DNA of 64,000 nt from Mobula hypostoma (taxonomy: Eukaryota): positions 98,210,001-98,274,000 of the forward strand of contig NC_086108.1 in NCBI RefSeq assembly GCF_963921235.1, read 5' to 3'. Shown here one piece after another: positions 49,644 through 62,754 of this stretch. The position numbers and the translations under genes were made by a program. The first letter of the stretch is position 1. Each line of letters starts with the position of its first letter. The notes beneath the pieces are model-generated. The model had not been told where the DNA came from, did not search any database, and saw only the letters and a program-made list of their open reading frames with translations.

Positions 49644-50909
49644 GAGGAAGATTTAACCAGGACTGATGGAAATATGAGGTACATTCAGAAAGGAGAGATG
49701 TTGGTTCTTCTTTTATTGGATGCTGGAAAAGAATCAAAGAAAGATAGAAATACTAGCTTTATTTGTCACATGTACATCCAATCATACAGTGAAATGTATA
49801 GTTTGCTTCAAATCCAGTCAGCGAGGATTTGCTGGGTAGCCTGCAAGAGTCACCATGCTTCCAGCACCAACATATCATGCCCATAACTCAGTAACGTTAT
49901 CCACAAGTCTTTGGACTATGGGAGGAAACCAGAGCACCCAGAGGAAACCCACACGGTCACAGTGGAATGAACAAACTCCTTAGACAGCAGAAGTGAATTC
50001 CAATCAGTGATTGCTGGCACTGAAAGTGTCTGCACTACCCCCAGACTACTGTTATACTCCTATGCTATCGTGCAGTTAGACAAGACTATACAACTGTGCT
50101 TGCATTTGGGAGGGAGATCTAATGATCTGTCTTATTTGGATTTGGTAGACTTGTGTGTATTTGCAAAGATTTTTGCTTTAGGCCTGGACTTCAGGCTTAT
50201 GTTTTGCGAGTGCTTGAGTTTCCTTGGAAAAGCTAAGTGAGTGCATAAACTATTCATGTGATTTTTGCTTCTACTTACTGCTCAACAGATGATCTGTTCC
50301 ACCATTTCACAAAATCAATTGTGGTAGCTTATCTGCACGTTTTATCTTTCCTCGTTCAACAAGATTCTATTGGGAGGTCTGACAATTCCTTCTTTCATGC
50401 ACTGAAGTACAGCCAAACTGCTGGAACATTATGTGGGAAAATGAGAGGTTTAGGCAGAACAGAAAAGCAGATTACTTATATTGTAAACACAAGAGATCCT
50501 GCAAATGCTGGAAATCCAGAGCTACACACACACACACACAAAATGCTGGAGGAACTCTTCAAACTTCTTCAAAAGTAGGCATACCTCCAACAGGCCTCGA
50601 GTTCCCTTGCGTACCTTAAGTTACTTCAGCATTTTGTGTGTGTTACTTACCTGCATATGATGTAAGCCTAAAATGAATGCTTATGTTCAGAGAAATTCTG
50701 GTGACCTTGTACAATAAACAAAATATTAGCAGGCTGGTATAGCGACTAATTAAGAAAGCAAACAGAACACTGTCCTACACTGCAAGAAGGACAGGGTAAA
50801 TGATACAGAAACCTTACAACAGCATTACATTTAATTTGGCCAACTCCACACCAGGAATACTAGTTCCATGTACAGAGCATGCATTTGCCTTGGACAGTTA
50901 TACACAACA

Positions 50910-52750
50910 AGACATAAGAGAAGAAATGAGGCCATTTGGCTAATCTAGTCTGCTCCACATTCCATCCTGTCTGATTTATCATCACTCTTAACCCCATTCT
51001 CCTGCCTTCTTCCTGTACTTTTGACTTTCTTACTAATTAAGAACTTATCAACCTCCACTTTAAATATACTCAATGATTTGGCCTCCTCAGCCGCCTGTGG
51101 CAATGAGTTCCATAGATTCACCACCCAGTTACATCCATGTATCTAATTAACATATAAACCATATGTCGTTGGAATGTGGGAGGAAACCAGAGCACCTGGA
51201 GGAAACCCAGGTTATGGTGAGAACAGACAAACTCATTAGAGACAGTGGCAGAATGGAACCTGAGACACCGGTGCTGGAATATAGAGTCAGTGTAATTATA
51301 TTTACATAGAGTTGAATTATACAGCACAGAAACAGGCCTTTTGGCCCAACTTGTCCATGCTGTCCACCAAGCTAGTCCCATCTGCCTGCATTTACACTGT
51401 ATCCTCTAAAATCCTCACCCTGTATTATCCAAAAGTCTTTTAAAAGTTGCTATTGTACCTGCCTCAACAACTTCCTCAGGCAGCTCATTCCAGAGACGCA
51501 CCATCTCTCTGCATGAAGTAGTTGCTCTTCAAGTCCCTTTTAAATCCATCATGTCTTACCATAAATCTCTTGTTTTCAGTTCTCCCCCTCTGAGGAAAAG
51601 ACAGAGTATATGCATTCACCCTATCTGTACTCCTCATGACTGCACGCACCTCCATAAGGCCCCCCATCCATCTCCTACATTCCAAGGAATGAAGTCCAAG
51701 TTTGCCCAACCTCTTCCTGCATCTCAGAACCTCAAGTCCTAGAAGCATTCCTGTCAATACTCCCTGCACTCTGTCCAGTTTAATGGCGTCTTTCCTACAA
51801 CAGAATGACCAAATCATCCACGATACTCAGAGTAGGGTTTCTCCAATTTCTTGATCACTTCAACACAATAGAACGTGGAAGGTTACAGCTCAGTGGATGC
51901 CCTTCGACCCACAATATTGTGCCAATTTCTACTGTAAGAGCAATCTAGTCCTCCCTTCCCACATAGCCCTCCATTATTCTATCATCTATATGCCAATCTA
52001 AGAGTCCCTTACATAACTCTAATGTAGCTGCCCCCATCAGCTCTCATGGCAGGGTGTTCTGCACACCCACTACTTTGTTTAAATAAAAAATTACTTCTGA
52101 CATCCCCCCCAATCATCTTAAAATTATGCCCACTCATATTACGCATTTCTGCCCTGGGAATGCGTCTCTGGCTGTCCCAACTCCTAAACTCAATACCCAG
52201 AATGATGAAGACCAGCATGCCAAATGCATTTTCTTATGTATACATATGAAGCCACTTTCAGCGGACTATATACCTGTATTCCTCGGTCCCTATACAAGTC
52301 CTACGACAGTTCAACTTTCCAAAGTCTAAATTGAAAATCACTTGACAATCTTCAACCCATATATCTAGCTGATCAGGATCCTGCTGAGGTTTCTGATAAT
52401 CTTTACTGTCTACATACCATCTATTTTAGTATCAATGAGAGAATGGGGGTAGATTTGATAGAGGTATAAAAATCTAAGCAGGCTTTTTCTCCTGAGGTTG
52501 GGTGTGATTTGAATTAGACTTCATAGGATAAGGGTGAAAGGTGAAACACTCAAGGGAAACCCAAAGGGGAACTTTAGTACTTGGAAGGTGATGAGAGTGT
52601 GGTGCGAGCAGACAGTGGAAGTGGTGGACGTGGGCTCCATTTCAACATGTAAGAGAAGTTTGAGAGGTATGGAGGTCAATGGGGATAGGCAGAATAATAT
52701 TTGGCATGGACTAGATGGGCCAGTGGGCCGGTATATGCTCTATGACACTC
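50910..52750. mobile_element. Cluster of degraded CR1 fragments and a SINE
   Basis: RKDAIKLDRVQ..LGLHSLECRRW (minus 51305-51865), with further minus and plus 3' fragments. Confidence 0.7.
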
Positions 52751-52993
52751 TGACAATACTGCAAGGAAGTGCTGCATTATATTAGGATAAAGAGGACTGG
52801 ACTATGCAAATCCTGCCTTAGTTTAGTTTCCTAAAATACATCACTTTTCATTCATCGGAGTTAAATTCCACCCGCCATTCCCTTGCTCGCTTTCCCAGTT
52901 GACCTAGATCCTGTTGTCATTTTAGACAATCTCTTCCCACTGTCCACCACATCTGCAATGCTTGCAAACTTCAACACTGCTCTACTCTGCCTA

Positions 52994-53381
52994 GCTTCTG
53001 TTTAATCGTCTATATGCTATATTGCCTGACGTGGGCAAGCGCGGTTTTTCCACGACTGTGATTGTTCTTAGCAAATTTTTCTACAGAAGTGGTTTGCCAT
53101 TTTCTTCTTCTGGGCGGTGTCATTACAATGTGGGTGACCCCAGCTATTATCAATATTCTTCAGAGATTGTCTGCCGAGTGTCAGTGGTTGCATAACCTGG
53201 ACTTGTGAGATGTATGAGCTGCTCATACAACCATCCATCACATGCTCTCATAGCATCACAAGATCCTGATCAGGGAGTTCTAAACAGCTGCTAAACCTTG
53301 CCCAAGGGTGACCTGCAGGCTAGCAGAGGGAAGTAACACCTTACACCTCCTTTGATAGAGACATATCTCCACCCCGTCACC
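52994..53381 (-). mobile_element. Short retroelement with RTE/BovB-like 3' motif
   Basis: 9-bp TSD CTCTGCCTA (52985-52993, 53382-53390). Minus strand GGCAAACCACTTCTG..TTTGCTAAGAA. Confidence 0.65.
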
Positions 53382-53859
53382 CTCTGCCTAACACATCCCC
53401 AGAAATACGTAACACGCTTCATAGTCTCTGCATAAGAACACAAGTAATAGGGCCACCAAGCTGCTGATCAGAACTGTTCTGTTCACATTACAGTTGTACA
53501 GCATGTTAGCGAGGCTGCACTGGGAAAATTAAGTGCAGTTCTAATCACCGTGCTATAGAAGGAAGTGATTAAGCTTGTGAGGGGTGCAGAAACGACTCAC
53601 AACAATGTTGCTGGGACAGGACACCTTGAGTTATACGAGGCTGGAACAGTTCTTTCTGGAGTGAAAGCGGACGAAGGGTGACTTTAGAGAAAGGCATAGA
53701 CAAGGGGGATAGTCACAGTCTCCTCTCCCCCCCCCCCCCCCACCAAGTTAGGGGTGTCTAACACTATATTTTAGATCTAAAAAGAGGGGATCAAAATTAA
53801 AGGGGACCCGAGAGGAACACTTTTGCACACAGAAGATCGTGTGTATATGGAGTGGTAGA

Positions 53860-54520
53860 TGCACTTCAGGAAGGCAAAGTTGAGCGAACACTCACCAGTC
53901 CTCATTGAGAGGTCAGCAGTGGAAAGGGTGACCACATTCAAGTTCCTGGGTGGCAACAGCTCTGAAGATCTATCCTGTTCCCAACATACTAATGCAGTCA
54001 TGAAGAAGGCACAACAGCATTTATAGCTCATTAGAAGTCGGAGGAGATTTGATATATTACCAAAGAGTCCAGCAAATTGCTACAGATGTATCATGAAGAG
54101 TATTCTAACTGATGGCATTGCTGTAAGGTATCGAGGAGCCACTGCACAGGATTGGAAATATTGCAGAGGGTTGTAAACTCAGCCAGGCCCATCATGGGCA
54201 CTAGTCTCCTCACCATCAAGGACAGGGTGCCTCAAGGTGGCATCCTTTAGTAAGGACCCTCACCAACCAGGACATACCCTCTTCTCATTACAACATCAGG
54301 GAGAGGTACACAGACTAAAGGAACAGCTTCTTCTCCTCTGCCATCAGATTTCTGAACCGTCCATGAAGACTACCTCACTACCTTTGCTCTCGTTCTGCAC
54401 TACATATTTATTATATACATTTCATATTGTAATTTACAGTATTTTTACATATTACACAGTACTGCTGCTGTAAAACAACAAATTTCATGACATGTGTCAG
54501 TTGATTATGAACCAGATTTC
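53860..54520 (+). mobile_element. Degraded Rex1-type fragment
   Basis: VERVTTFKFLG..MKKAQQHL-like translation and Rex tail. Confidence 0.8.
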
Positions 54521-54824
54521 AGGTACAATTCCAATGCTGAAAGACAGGCTCATGAATAGTAAAGGTTTGGAACGATGTGACCCAAAAGTAGGCAGATAGT
54601 ACTAGCTCAGGATGGCAGCTTGGACAAGTTGGGACACAGGGCTTGGTTCTATGCTGCAGAACTCTTATGAATGATTTTAACTTTCAGCCTGACTAGGGGA
54701 CTACTTGTCAAAAGGGGTCAGAGAAGAGTACACGGGGCCTCTCTCAGGGAAGAGCAACACTTTATATTCCTCCTGGTTACCCTCCAACCTGATGGCATGA
54801 ATATCGATTTCTCCTTCCAGTGAT

Positions 54825-55212
54825 AGATCTTCCTTCAGGTAAATGGAGCTCGTCAGCCTGGGAAGGCAGTCCATCTAAGAGAGGGAGAGCTCTGATTTCA
54901 AACCACCATTGCCTTGCGGCCATGTCCACTCACGGGAAAGGCTTCGGGAGTAAACCCTGAGGACAAATCCGGAGCTGGAATCCCTAAGGCAGTCCGACGT
55001 TGCCTTCAACCTCGTTCTGGCAACTCCTGAGACGACACTGGTGCCAAGCTGTATCAGCCCTTGCCCTTCCCTTGGACAACATCGGTGTCATGGAGAGGGG
55101 AGACTTGCTGCATGGGCAACTGCCTGTCTTCCATAAAACCTTGCCCAGGCCTGTGCCCTGGAACTTTCTAAGTGTGGATCCACGGTCTCGCGGGTCTAAC
55201 GGATGCCACTAC
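54825..55212 (+). mobile_element. Non-autonomous RTE-related element inserted in a Penelope remnant
   Basis: Near-TSD CCTTCCAGTGA / CCTTCCGGTGA. 3' ~190 bp shared with the SINEs at 19056 and 47777. Confidence 0.8.
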
Positions 55213-55317
55213 CTTCCGGTGAACAATATCCCACCCCTTCCTCTATTCCTCACTCTGACCTTTTACTTCTTCTCACTTGCCTATCACTTTTCCTTGGGTG
55301 GTGGGTGCCCTCCTATG

Positions 55318-55915
55318 GCAGAACTCAGCAGGTCAGGCAGCATCCATGGAAAGAAATAAACAGTTGACGTTTCAAGCTGAAACCATTCTTCAGGACTGGA
55401 AAGGAAGAAACCAAATTAAGGTGGGGGTGCAAATGGAGTATATACAAGAATGTGATTGGTGAAGCCAGGTGGGTGGGCCACAAAGGATGAAAAGAGAAAC
55501 TAGGAAGTGATAGGTGGAAAAGGTACATGTTCAGCACAGCATTATGGGCCGAAGGGCCTGTATTGTGCTGTAGGTTTTCTATGTTTCTATGACTGAAGGA
55601 GGAATCTGATTGGAGAGTGGATCAGGGGAGAAAGGGAATGAGGGGCACCAGGGGGAGGTGATGGGTAGGTGTGGAGAAGTCCAGAGTTGAAGAGGGGAGG
55701 GTTAAGCGTGGAGCCACAGTGGGGAAAGGAAGAAAAGGGAAACATGAGAGGGAAACATTGCTGGAAGTTAGAGAAATCGATGTTCATGCCATCAGGTTGG
55801 AGGCCACCCATACAGACTATGAGGTCCTGCTCCTCCAACCTGAGAGTGCCCTTAGATCAACATATTGGAATGGGAATGGGCAGTGAAATTAAAACGATTG
55901 GTCACAGGGAAATCC
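55318..55915 (-). mobile_element. Degraded Penelope-like fragment
   Basis: LEEQDLIVCMGGLQPDGMNIDFSNF. Minus-strand hammerhead remnant at 55361-55398. Confidence 0.85.
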
Positions 55916-57009
55916 TCCCTGTTGAACACAGAGCAAAACAGTTCCTCAACCACCGTCTGGTAGATTACAATTCAGTTATAATTCATCGTTATAATTCACC
56001 TGTCAGATCTAACGCAACTCCTGCGCTCAATTCCGAGTAACAAGGAAGAGTATTCAAGCTTTAGTACGCAAGTGGTACCAGGGAGAGATAAGGAGTTATA
56101 TTCATAGCAGCAGAGATTAAAGGACATTTTCCAAAGGTTGTAAAGACAAGGAGGATCTTGAGGGACTAAACAAGGGGAAATCTTTACGTGCAGATGTTTC
56201 GGTGATGGTAGGAACCAGATCTATCATTAAACAAGACAAATACAACACAAGTTGCTTTGATCTGGGATATGGTGCCTGAATGAGTGACAGAAACACGTGC
56301 CATACACGATGAGCTTAACATCCCTAAACTTGCAGCAAAATGTATCATTTTCAACAACAACCAATACAATCTAAGGACGTGCTGCGGACAGCCTGCAAGT
56401 ATCACCATGTTTCTGCTGCCAACATAACAAGCCCACAACTTACTAACTCCTATGTCTTTGGACTGTAGAAGGAAACCCGAGCAATCAGAGGAAACCCTTG
56501 CGGTCACAGGGGTGACATACAAGCTTCTTACAGACAGCATTGGGAACTGAATCCCGATTGCTGGCACTGTAAAGCATTACGCTAGTCGCTACACTACCGT
56601 GACTTGGTCTACTTGCGCCAGGCGCCTGAAGTCTGTACACACCACCAACACTCCACATAGAACATAAAATATTACAGCACAGAAACAGGACCTTCGGTCC
56701 ACAATGTTGTGCTGAACCACCTAAAAAAGTATATTGAAAAACCCCTAAAAACTAATCCCTCTCATCTACACAACGTCCATATCCCTCCATCTTCCTCATA
56801 TTCATGTGCCTATCTAACTATCTCTTAAAAGCCTCTAATGTATTTGTGTCTAGCACCATAGTAGGTGGCGCATTCCAGGCATCCACCACTTTCCATGTTT
56901 AAAAAAAAACTTACCCCTCACATCCCCTTTGAACCTACCCCTTTCACCTTCAATGCATGGCCTCTGGTATTAGATCTTTCCTCACAATAACCCAAAAGTT
57001 TCACCAAAA

Positions 57010-57490
57010 AGATTAGCAAGTCCGCATCAACGTTCCCTCGCAGGCCATCACCGCTAGCATTGAGGTAGTAGTAACTCTGCACTAACTACAATGAGTAGAC
57101 ACTGCTTGTAAACTACCCCTCTGCCCATATCAGAACCCTGCAACAGACTCTATCTTAAACCCTGTCATGGGAAAGGATTATCAGGCAGACATACATACAG
57201 GCTTAAGTATGTCCTCAAAGCCACTATGACTAAGTCACCACCGATTCCTGCGAATCCCTGGCACATAATTGAGAAAGAACATTGAAGCTGTTATGAGAAC
57301 ATGTACAAAGGCAAAAGGAGTGGTCCACTGTGCTATCCACCCATATGTCCCGTCTGGCACTTGCTGCCCCCTCTGTAAAAGAACCTTCAGCTCCCACATT
57401 CACCTCATTAGTCAGTTTGGAACCCACAAAATCAAAATGGACGTCAGTCATCTTCCATCCAAGGGGCTGCCAAACAGGAGGAAAAGACGG
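57010..57490 (+). mobile_element. Highly degraded RTE 3' fragment with C-terminal C2H2-like motif
   Basis: CPLCKRTFSSHIHLISQFGTH, with upstream remnants of the RTE C-terminus. Confidence 0.65.
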
Positions 57491-57869
57491 ACACAGAAGT
57501 CAATAGTAACTCTCAAAATTAGTTTGAACGAGAACACTCGTACTTAGAGAACACTTCTTGGGCTGGAAAAGAGTACTGGAATACTGCCACTTGGAGAAGT
57601 CAGAATAGGGAAAACGTGTTAAATTGCCTTGACAGTTAGTCCCGACGAAGGGTCTCGGCCCAAAACGTTGACTGTACCTCTTCCTAGAGATGCTGCCTGA
57701 CCTGCTGTGTTCACCAGCAACTTTGATGTGTGTTGCCTTAAATTGTCTTCATTTTGTTTTGTATCATTCAATAAAAATTACCCCCAATTTATTACTAAAC
57801 TTAATAGATCATCAAAAAAAAACCTCAGTGTGTGTTAAAAAGGTAAAGAACAAACAAAATTAATTCACA

Positions 57870-58810
57870 GGTGACACTAAAATCAATGACGAAGGTGATC
57901 AAAATCATAGGGGATCTTGATCAACGAGGGGCCAAATGTAGGTAGGACTTTCCACAATGAATGATGGTGCCCTGAAGGATGTAGAACAGAGGGATCACAG
58001 TTAGACAGGGTGGTAAAGAAAACTTGTTGCATGCTGGCCTTCATCAGTCAGGGCACTCAGTAAAAATGTTGTGAGGTCTAAGTGCACTGTACAAGAAGCC
58101 ATTCAGGCCTCATTCCAAGTATTGTGTCCAGCTTTAGTCACCTTGCTACAAGATGTTATTACACTGAGAAAAAAAAGTGATGAAAATATTTACAAGGATG
58201 TTGTCTATAAAGAGGAGTTAGAACTGGCATTTAAAGCCAAGACCCTTCATCAGCACTCTCTATTCATCTCCACAGATACTGCTTGGCCTGTGGAGTTCCT
58301 CCAGCATTTTGTGTGTGTTGCTCTAGTTATCCAACATCTTCACACTCTCTTCTGTTTACAAGGGTGTTAATAGGACTTGAGAGACTGTGTTATGGGGAGA
58401 GATTGGACAAGGTGGATCTTATTTTTCTTGGAGCATAGGAAACAGTGGGGATCTTATAGCCAATATGAAATTATTGGGTGAATTCACTCAGTCTTCTAAC
58501 CCTGGGGAATCAAGAATTAAAGAGCACAGGTTAAGGTAAGAGGAGAGATTTAATAGAAACTTGAAAGGCAACTTAAAAAAAAAGACAGACAGACACACAC
58601 ACAAAGTAAGTACTGTATGAGGAGTGACCTGCCACAGGAAATGGTTGAGACAGGTTCAATAAAAACATTTTAAAAACAGTTAGACAGGCACACGGATAGG
58701 ATACAGATTGGAGGGATAATGGTCAAATGTAGGCAGATGTAACCAGCGTGGATGGGCATCTTGGTCAGCCAGGGCCAGTTGGTCTGAGGAGCTTGTGTCT
58801 GTGCTGTAAT
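57870..58810 (+). mobile_element. Degraded CR1 fragment with inserted Penelope pLTR pieces
   Basis: GDTKI, LAFISQG and 3'UTR remnants. Confidence 0.65.
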
Positions 58811-59779
58811 GGACTAGGGTTCTATTAGAGTTTTAGATAGAGGCTTTAAAAACTATGAGATTCTCAGGGTGTTATTGATTTGGTAAATAGATGCAAATGC
58901 CAATGTAAATAGTTGCGTATTAAATTATACTAATAACTAAATTCTAACATTCCTTTCTTTTCATAAAAAGTACATCAACTTTATAGTCTGAGGTATATAT
59001 TTAAAAACCAAGCTGTGCTAAGCCTCAGATACAGAGAGAGTTAAGAAAACGGGCTCAAATAAAAAGTGCATAAATATTTGAAAGAACATTTTAAAAAATG
59101 AGATTCTCCTTCTGGGGAATTGGTGTCTGGTGAATGGATGCTCTGCTGAATGAGTTGAAGCATTTGGGCCAATCTTTCCAGTCCTGAACTTTTTTTCCTA
59201 CAGTTTAAGATGATTGGAAAGAAACTGGTCATTTGAACACCATAATTTGATGTACACGTCCATCCTACCCCATTAGCTACTATGTAATACAGCAACTATA
59301 CTTAAGAGTATGTTCCCTCCAAATAAAATCTACACATTGTCTCCAATTGAGAGAGAGTAGCTATGGAGAATACATGTGCTGGGAATGTGTTTTAACAAGC
59401 TCTGACCTACAATTCCTTTGAGAACGCAAATTTGTCAAAACAACTTTTGTGTGACCCTTTTAACTTGTTTTTTTTTGCAGACGAGTCAGAATAATGCAAA
59501 TTTCTTTAAAAAAAAAACGATGTAAGCTATTACACTGCACCGTGGATTTGCCAGAATAACACACACACACATACACACATTTATAAAAGGCTCATATACT
59601 CAATATTGTAGGACGGGGTCGTTCTGTCCTTAGAATGAAGCTTCTGGACAATTCCGCTCCAAAAATCAAGAACATATGCAAACTCAAACATTTAAAAAAT
59701 AAAAACCGGCTTCCACTTTTCCATTCAGCAGAAAGTGACGCAATTTATTCCTTGGGTCATAATGTTTCTCTGCTAAATT

Positions 59780-60960
59780 CCGCTAAAAAAGATAGTTGGA
59801 CGAGGATGCGAGGCGCACTGAACCCCTATAGGCACTGCACTACTTGTATACGGTTAGAAGCTGAACCGCCATAGTATGGTGCTTGTCGGCAGGGACATCT
59901 CAAGAAACACCACATATTGGCGCCGTCAGGCTTATCTTCTTCCCTCCTTCACTCACTATGCTGGCTTAATGGCAGCTGCAGATTCTGAGGAGAATTACAC
60001 GGAACCGGCTCCGTTCTCGCTACCTTGGCCGTGGCCAACAATGGAAAGAGAGGGAGAAAGAGAGAGAGGGAACGGGGTAGCACTCTGCCATGGCTTGCTG
60101 CAGTATTGGTACTCACCGGCTGCAGAGTGACAGGACCGCCGCTGTCCTCCTCTTCTTCCCCCTTGTCAGTCTGAACGCCAGACTGAGCGGAGCGGCTTCG
60201 CTCCGGTGCGAGAGTGGGAGGAGGCGGCGGCGGCAGGGCGGCCGGGAATTATCTCCCCCCGCTCTGCGCCGGGGAACCCTCTCCCTCTGCCGCTTGCTCT
60301 TAAATGACGACGCGCTGCCGAGCCGAGTCCTTATTTACTTTCTATTCACAAAACTCAGGCACCCGGCAAACACCAATGGGCTTTGTGCGTGTGTCTATGT
60401 GTGTTATACAGAGGTGGGGGAATTACATCAAAAAGACACTCTTAACATAACACAAAGACTTATTGCAGCACCCCTTTGAAATAAAATAACAGGCTACTCA
60501 CTGCAATATCACATTAATATAAAGACCATGGCTTCCACGCATATACTATAAACTAAATCGAAAATAAATTATGCATTCTGTTTAATTTCTAGAATCAATT
60601 TCATTCTCATATTTTTCTGCGTTTCTAGTTCTACTTAATCAAAAAAAAAGAAACAAAAATTAATCAAGTTTATCATTCAGGCTGGCAGGCAGGCGCGGCA
60701 GGACTAGTCAGAACCTGTTTAGGTCGGAGCCGACTGGCTGTTGCCACGTTGGGTGGAATCATCCCACAGAGGGAAGCAGCGACTCGAAAGCGAGCGGGCG
60801 TCGTCGGCCCGTGCAGCAGAGCGGCACCCATATCCCCTGAATGAATTAAAAGTTTGTTGCCCGATTGGGCCGGGGGGTGGCAGAATGGGGCTCGGAAGTT
60901 AGCCACCATGTTGAAACGCTGTACAGTATTTCATGTGCGCATATACACGCATAAACACAG
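59780..60960 (-). promoter_or_regulatory. CpG-island-like promoter region
   Basis: Non-repeat and CpG-dense at 60110-60330 and 60690-60910. GC-box-like GGGCGG (~60236), CCAAT (60373; inverted at 60864), ETS-like CGGAAGT (60893), YY1-like GCCACCATGTTG (60902). Confidence 0.7.
60117..60290 (-). other. Candidate non-coding first exon of a minus-strand host gene (TSS approximate)
   Basis: Consensus donor CCG|GTGAGT at 60117/60116 at the edge of the CpG-rich block. No ATG in the exon. Confidence 0.6.
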
Positions 60961-61014
60961 AAACAAGTGCACGCCAGGGAGATAACTTTACACAACAAAA
61001 ACACCCGCAACTTT

Positions 61015-61167
61015 CTGGCTTCTTCCCCCTTCCTTTCCAGTCCCGATGAAGGGCCTCGGTTCGAAATGTCCACACTTTATTCCTCGCTAAGGATGCTGTC
61101 TGACCTGCTGAGTTCCTCCAGCATTTTGTGTGTGTTGCTCTGGATTCCCAGCATCCGCAAAATCTCT
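61015..61167 (+). mobile_element. Penelope-like pLTR fragment
   Basis: CAGTCCCGATGAAGGGCCTCGGTTCGAAATGTC..GATGCTGTCTGACCTGCTGAGTTCCTCCAGC. Confidence 0.8.
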
Positions 61168-62311
61168 TACGTTTACGATTACCCGCAACTTTAGTAATAA
61201 AGTGACCGACTGATGAATCAGACGCACAAAGGTCAAATAAATGCAAATACCATTTCATACATAGACAGGAGACTGCAGATGCTGAAGACATAAAATAATT
61301 AATCTATATATTGTACGCATATTTTTGAATATAACAGCTATATAAATACAATTCAAGGCAAATTTCCGTATAGCATAAGGCACACAATCAGAGCAATATT
61401 TCCTTCTTTGCTTATTTATATAACGACTATCCACCACCCCGCCTTTGATCTTTGCTGATCAATAGTAATTTGCAGCTTCTGCCATTATGCTGGTCCCGCA
61501 CCGTAATAATTGAACGTTGTCCGGGCTTCACTACAGCGAGGGTCAAGTTACTGAGGGAGAGCGCGGCTGTCATTCTGGAGTTGTCTTCTCGTGTCATAGG
61601 TCCGTCGAGCACTCCAACCCAGAAACAGGCTCTTCCGCCCATCTAGTCCATGCCGAAATCTCATTCTGCGCCTTGACCACAAGCTGCAGTTCAGAATATG
61701 AATTTCAGCGGGTTGGTGACCTTCCAGTAAAGGATGATTTCTACCTCTGGATACATCGATTAATCTGAATCTAAATCTAGCCGATGTTGTGTGTTGCCCA
61801 GTATATGGATAGCCGGAGACTTTATTCTCAGGGCGGAAATTGCAAATACGAAGAGACATTTTAAAGTGATCGGAGGAAAGTATGGGCGGGGGGAGGAAGT
61901 CAGAGGTATTTTGGTGGTTGCGTGCAACGCCCTGCCATGGCTGATGGTAGAGGCAGATACTTTAGGGGCATTTATAGGACCCTTAGATAAACACATGGCT
62001 GCTAGGGAAATTGAAGGCTTTGTAGGAGGGAAGGGTTAGATTGCTTTCAGAGTAGTTTAAGAGGTCGGCACGACATCGTGTTCTGCATTCAAATTTTTGT
62101 TGTTGAAAAATGATTGAAAGTGAGTGAAACTGATAGTTCCTCCTTTGTATCAGAAACAGTTGCATCATCTGATATGACTATCGGGGAAGATTGGACAAGT
62201 TGAAGAGAGATCTGATTGAGGTTGATTAAAACACCTGATAGAATTGATGAAGAGGAAAAAAAGTCCCAGATGGGTCCTGTGAGTAAAAGTTAGTCAGCAA
62301 TAATTAAAATG

Positions 62312-62657
62312 CACTCAGTGGCCAGTTTATTAGGTACAGGAGTGGAACCTGGTGTAGTCTTCTGCTGATGTAGCCCATCCAGTTTAAGGTTCCTGCTGTC
62401 CTGCATTCAGAGACCGTCTGCACCGCTGTTGTAATGCATGGTTATCTGAGTTACTGACACCTTCCTGTCAGCTTGAACCAGTCTGGCCATTAAAAGGCCT
62501 CTGACCTCTCTCATTAACAAGGTGTTTTTGCCCACTGCTGCTCACTGGATTTTTTTTTTTTTGGCTTGTTTTTCACATCTTTCTCTGTAAACTCTAGAGA
62601 TCGGCAGTTTCTGAGATACTCAAGTCATCAGCAATCATTCCATTATCAGAGTCACTG
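62312..62657 (-). mobile_element. Partial non-autonomous Tc1-like element (CACTCAGTGGCC family)
   Basis: TIR and internal homology to 3923 and 35292. Confidence 0.8.
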
Positions 62658-62754
62658 GAAAAGTCACAAAGGAACACCATGGAATCGTTCAAAGAAAACA
62701 TCAAGCTCAGAAGTGCATATAAAAATGGACAAATCGTGCAACCGCAAAAAAGAA

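Noticed and set aside
60902..60985. Perfect Kozak GCCACCATG on the plus strand
   Set aside because: It opens only a 25-codon ORF with no recognisable product or clear donor. It is more plausibly a YY1-like promoter motif or chance.
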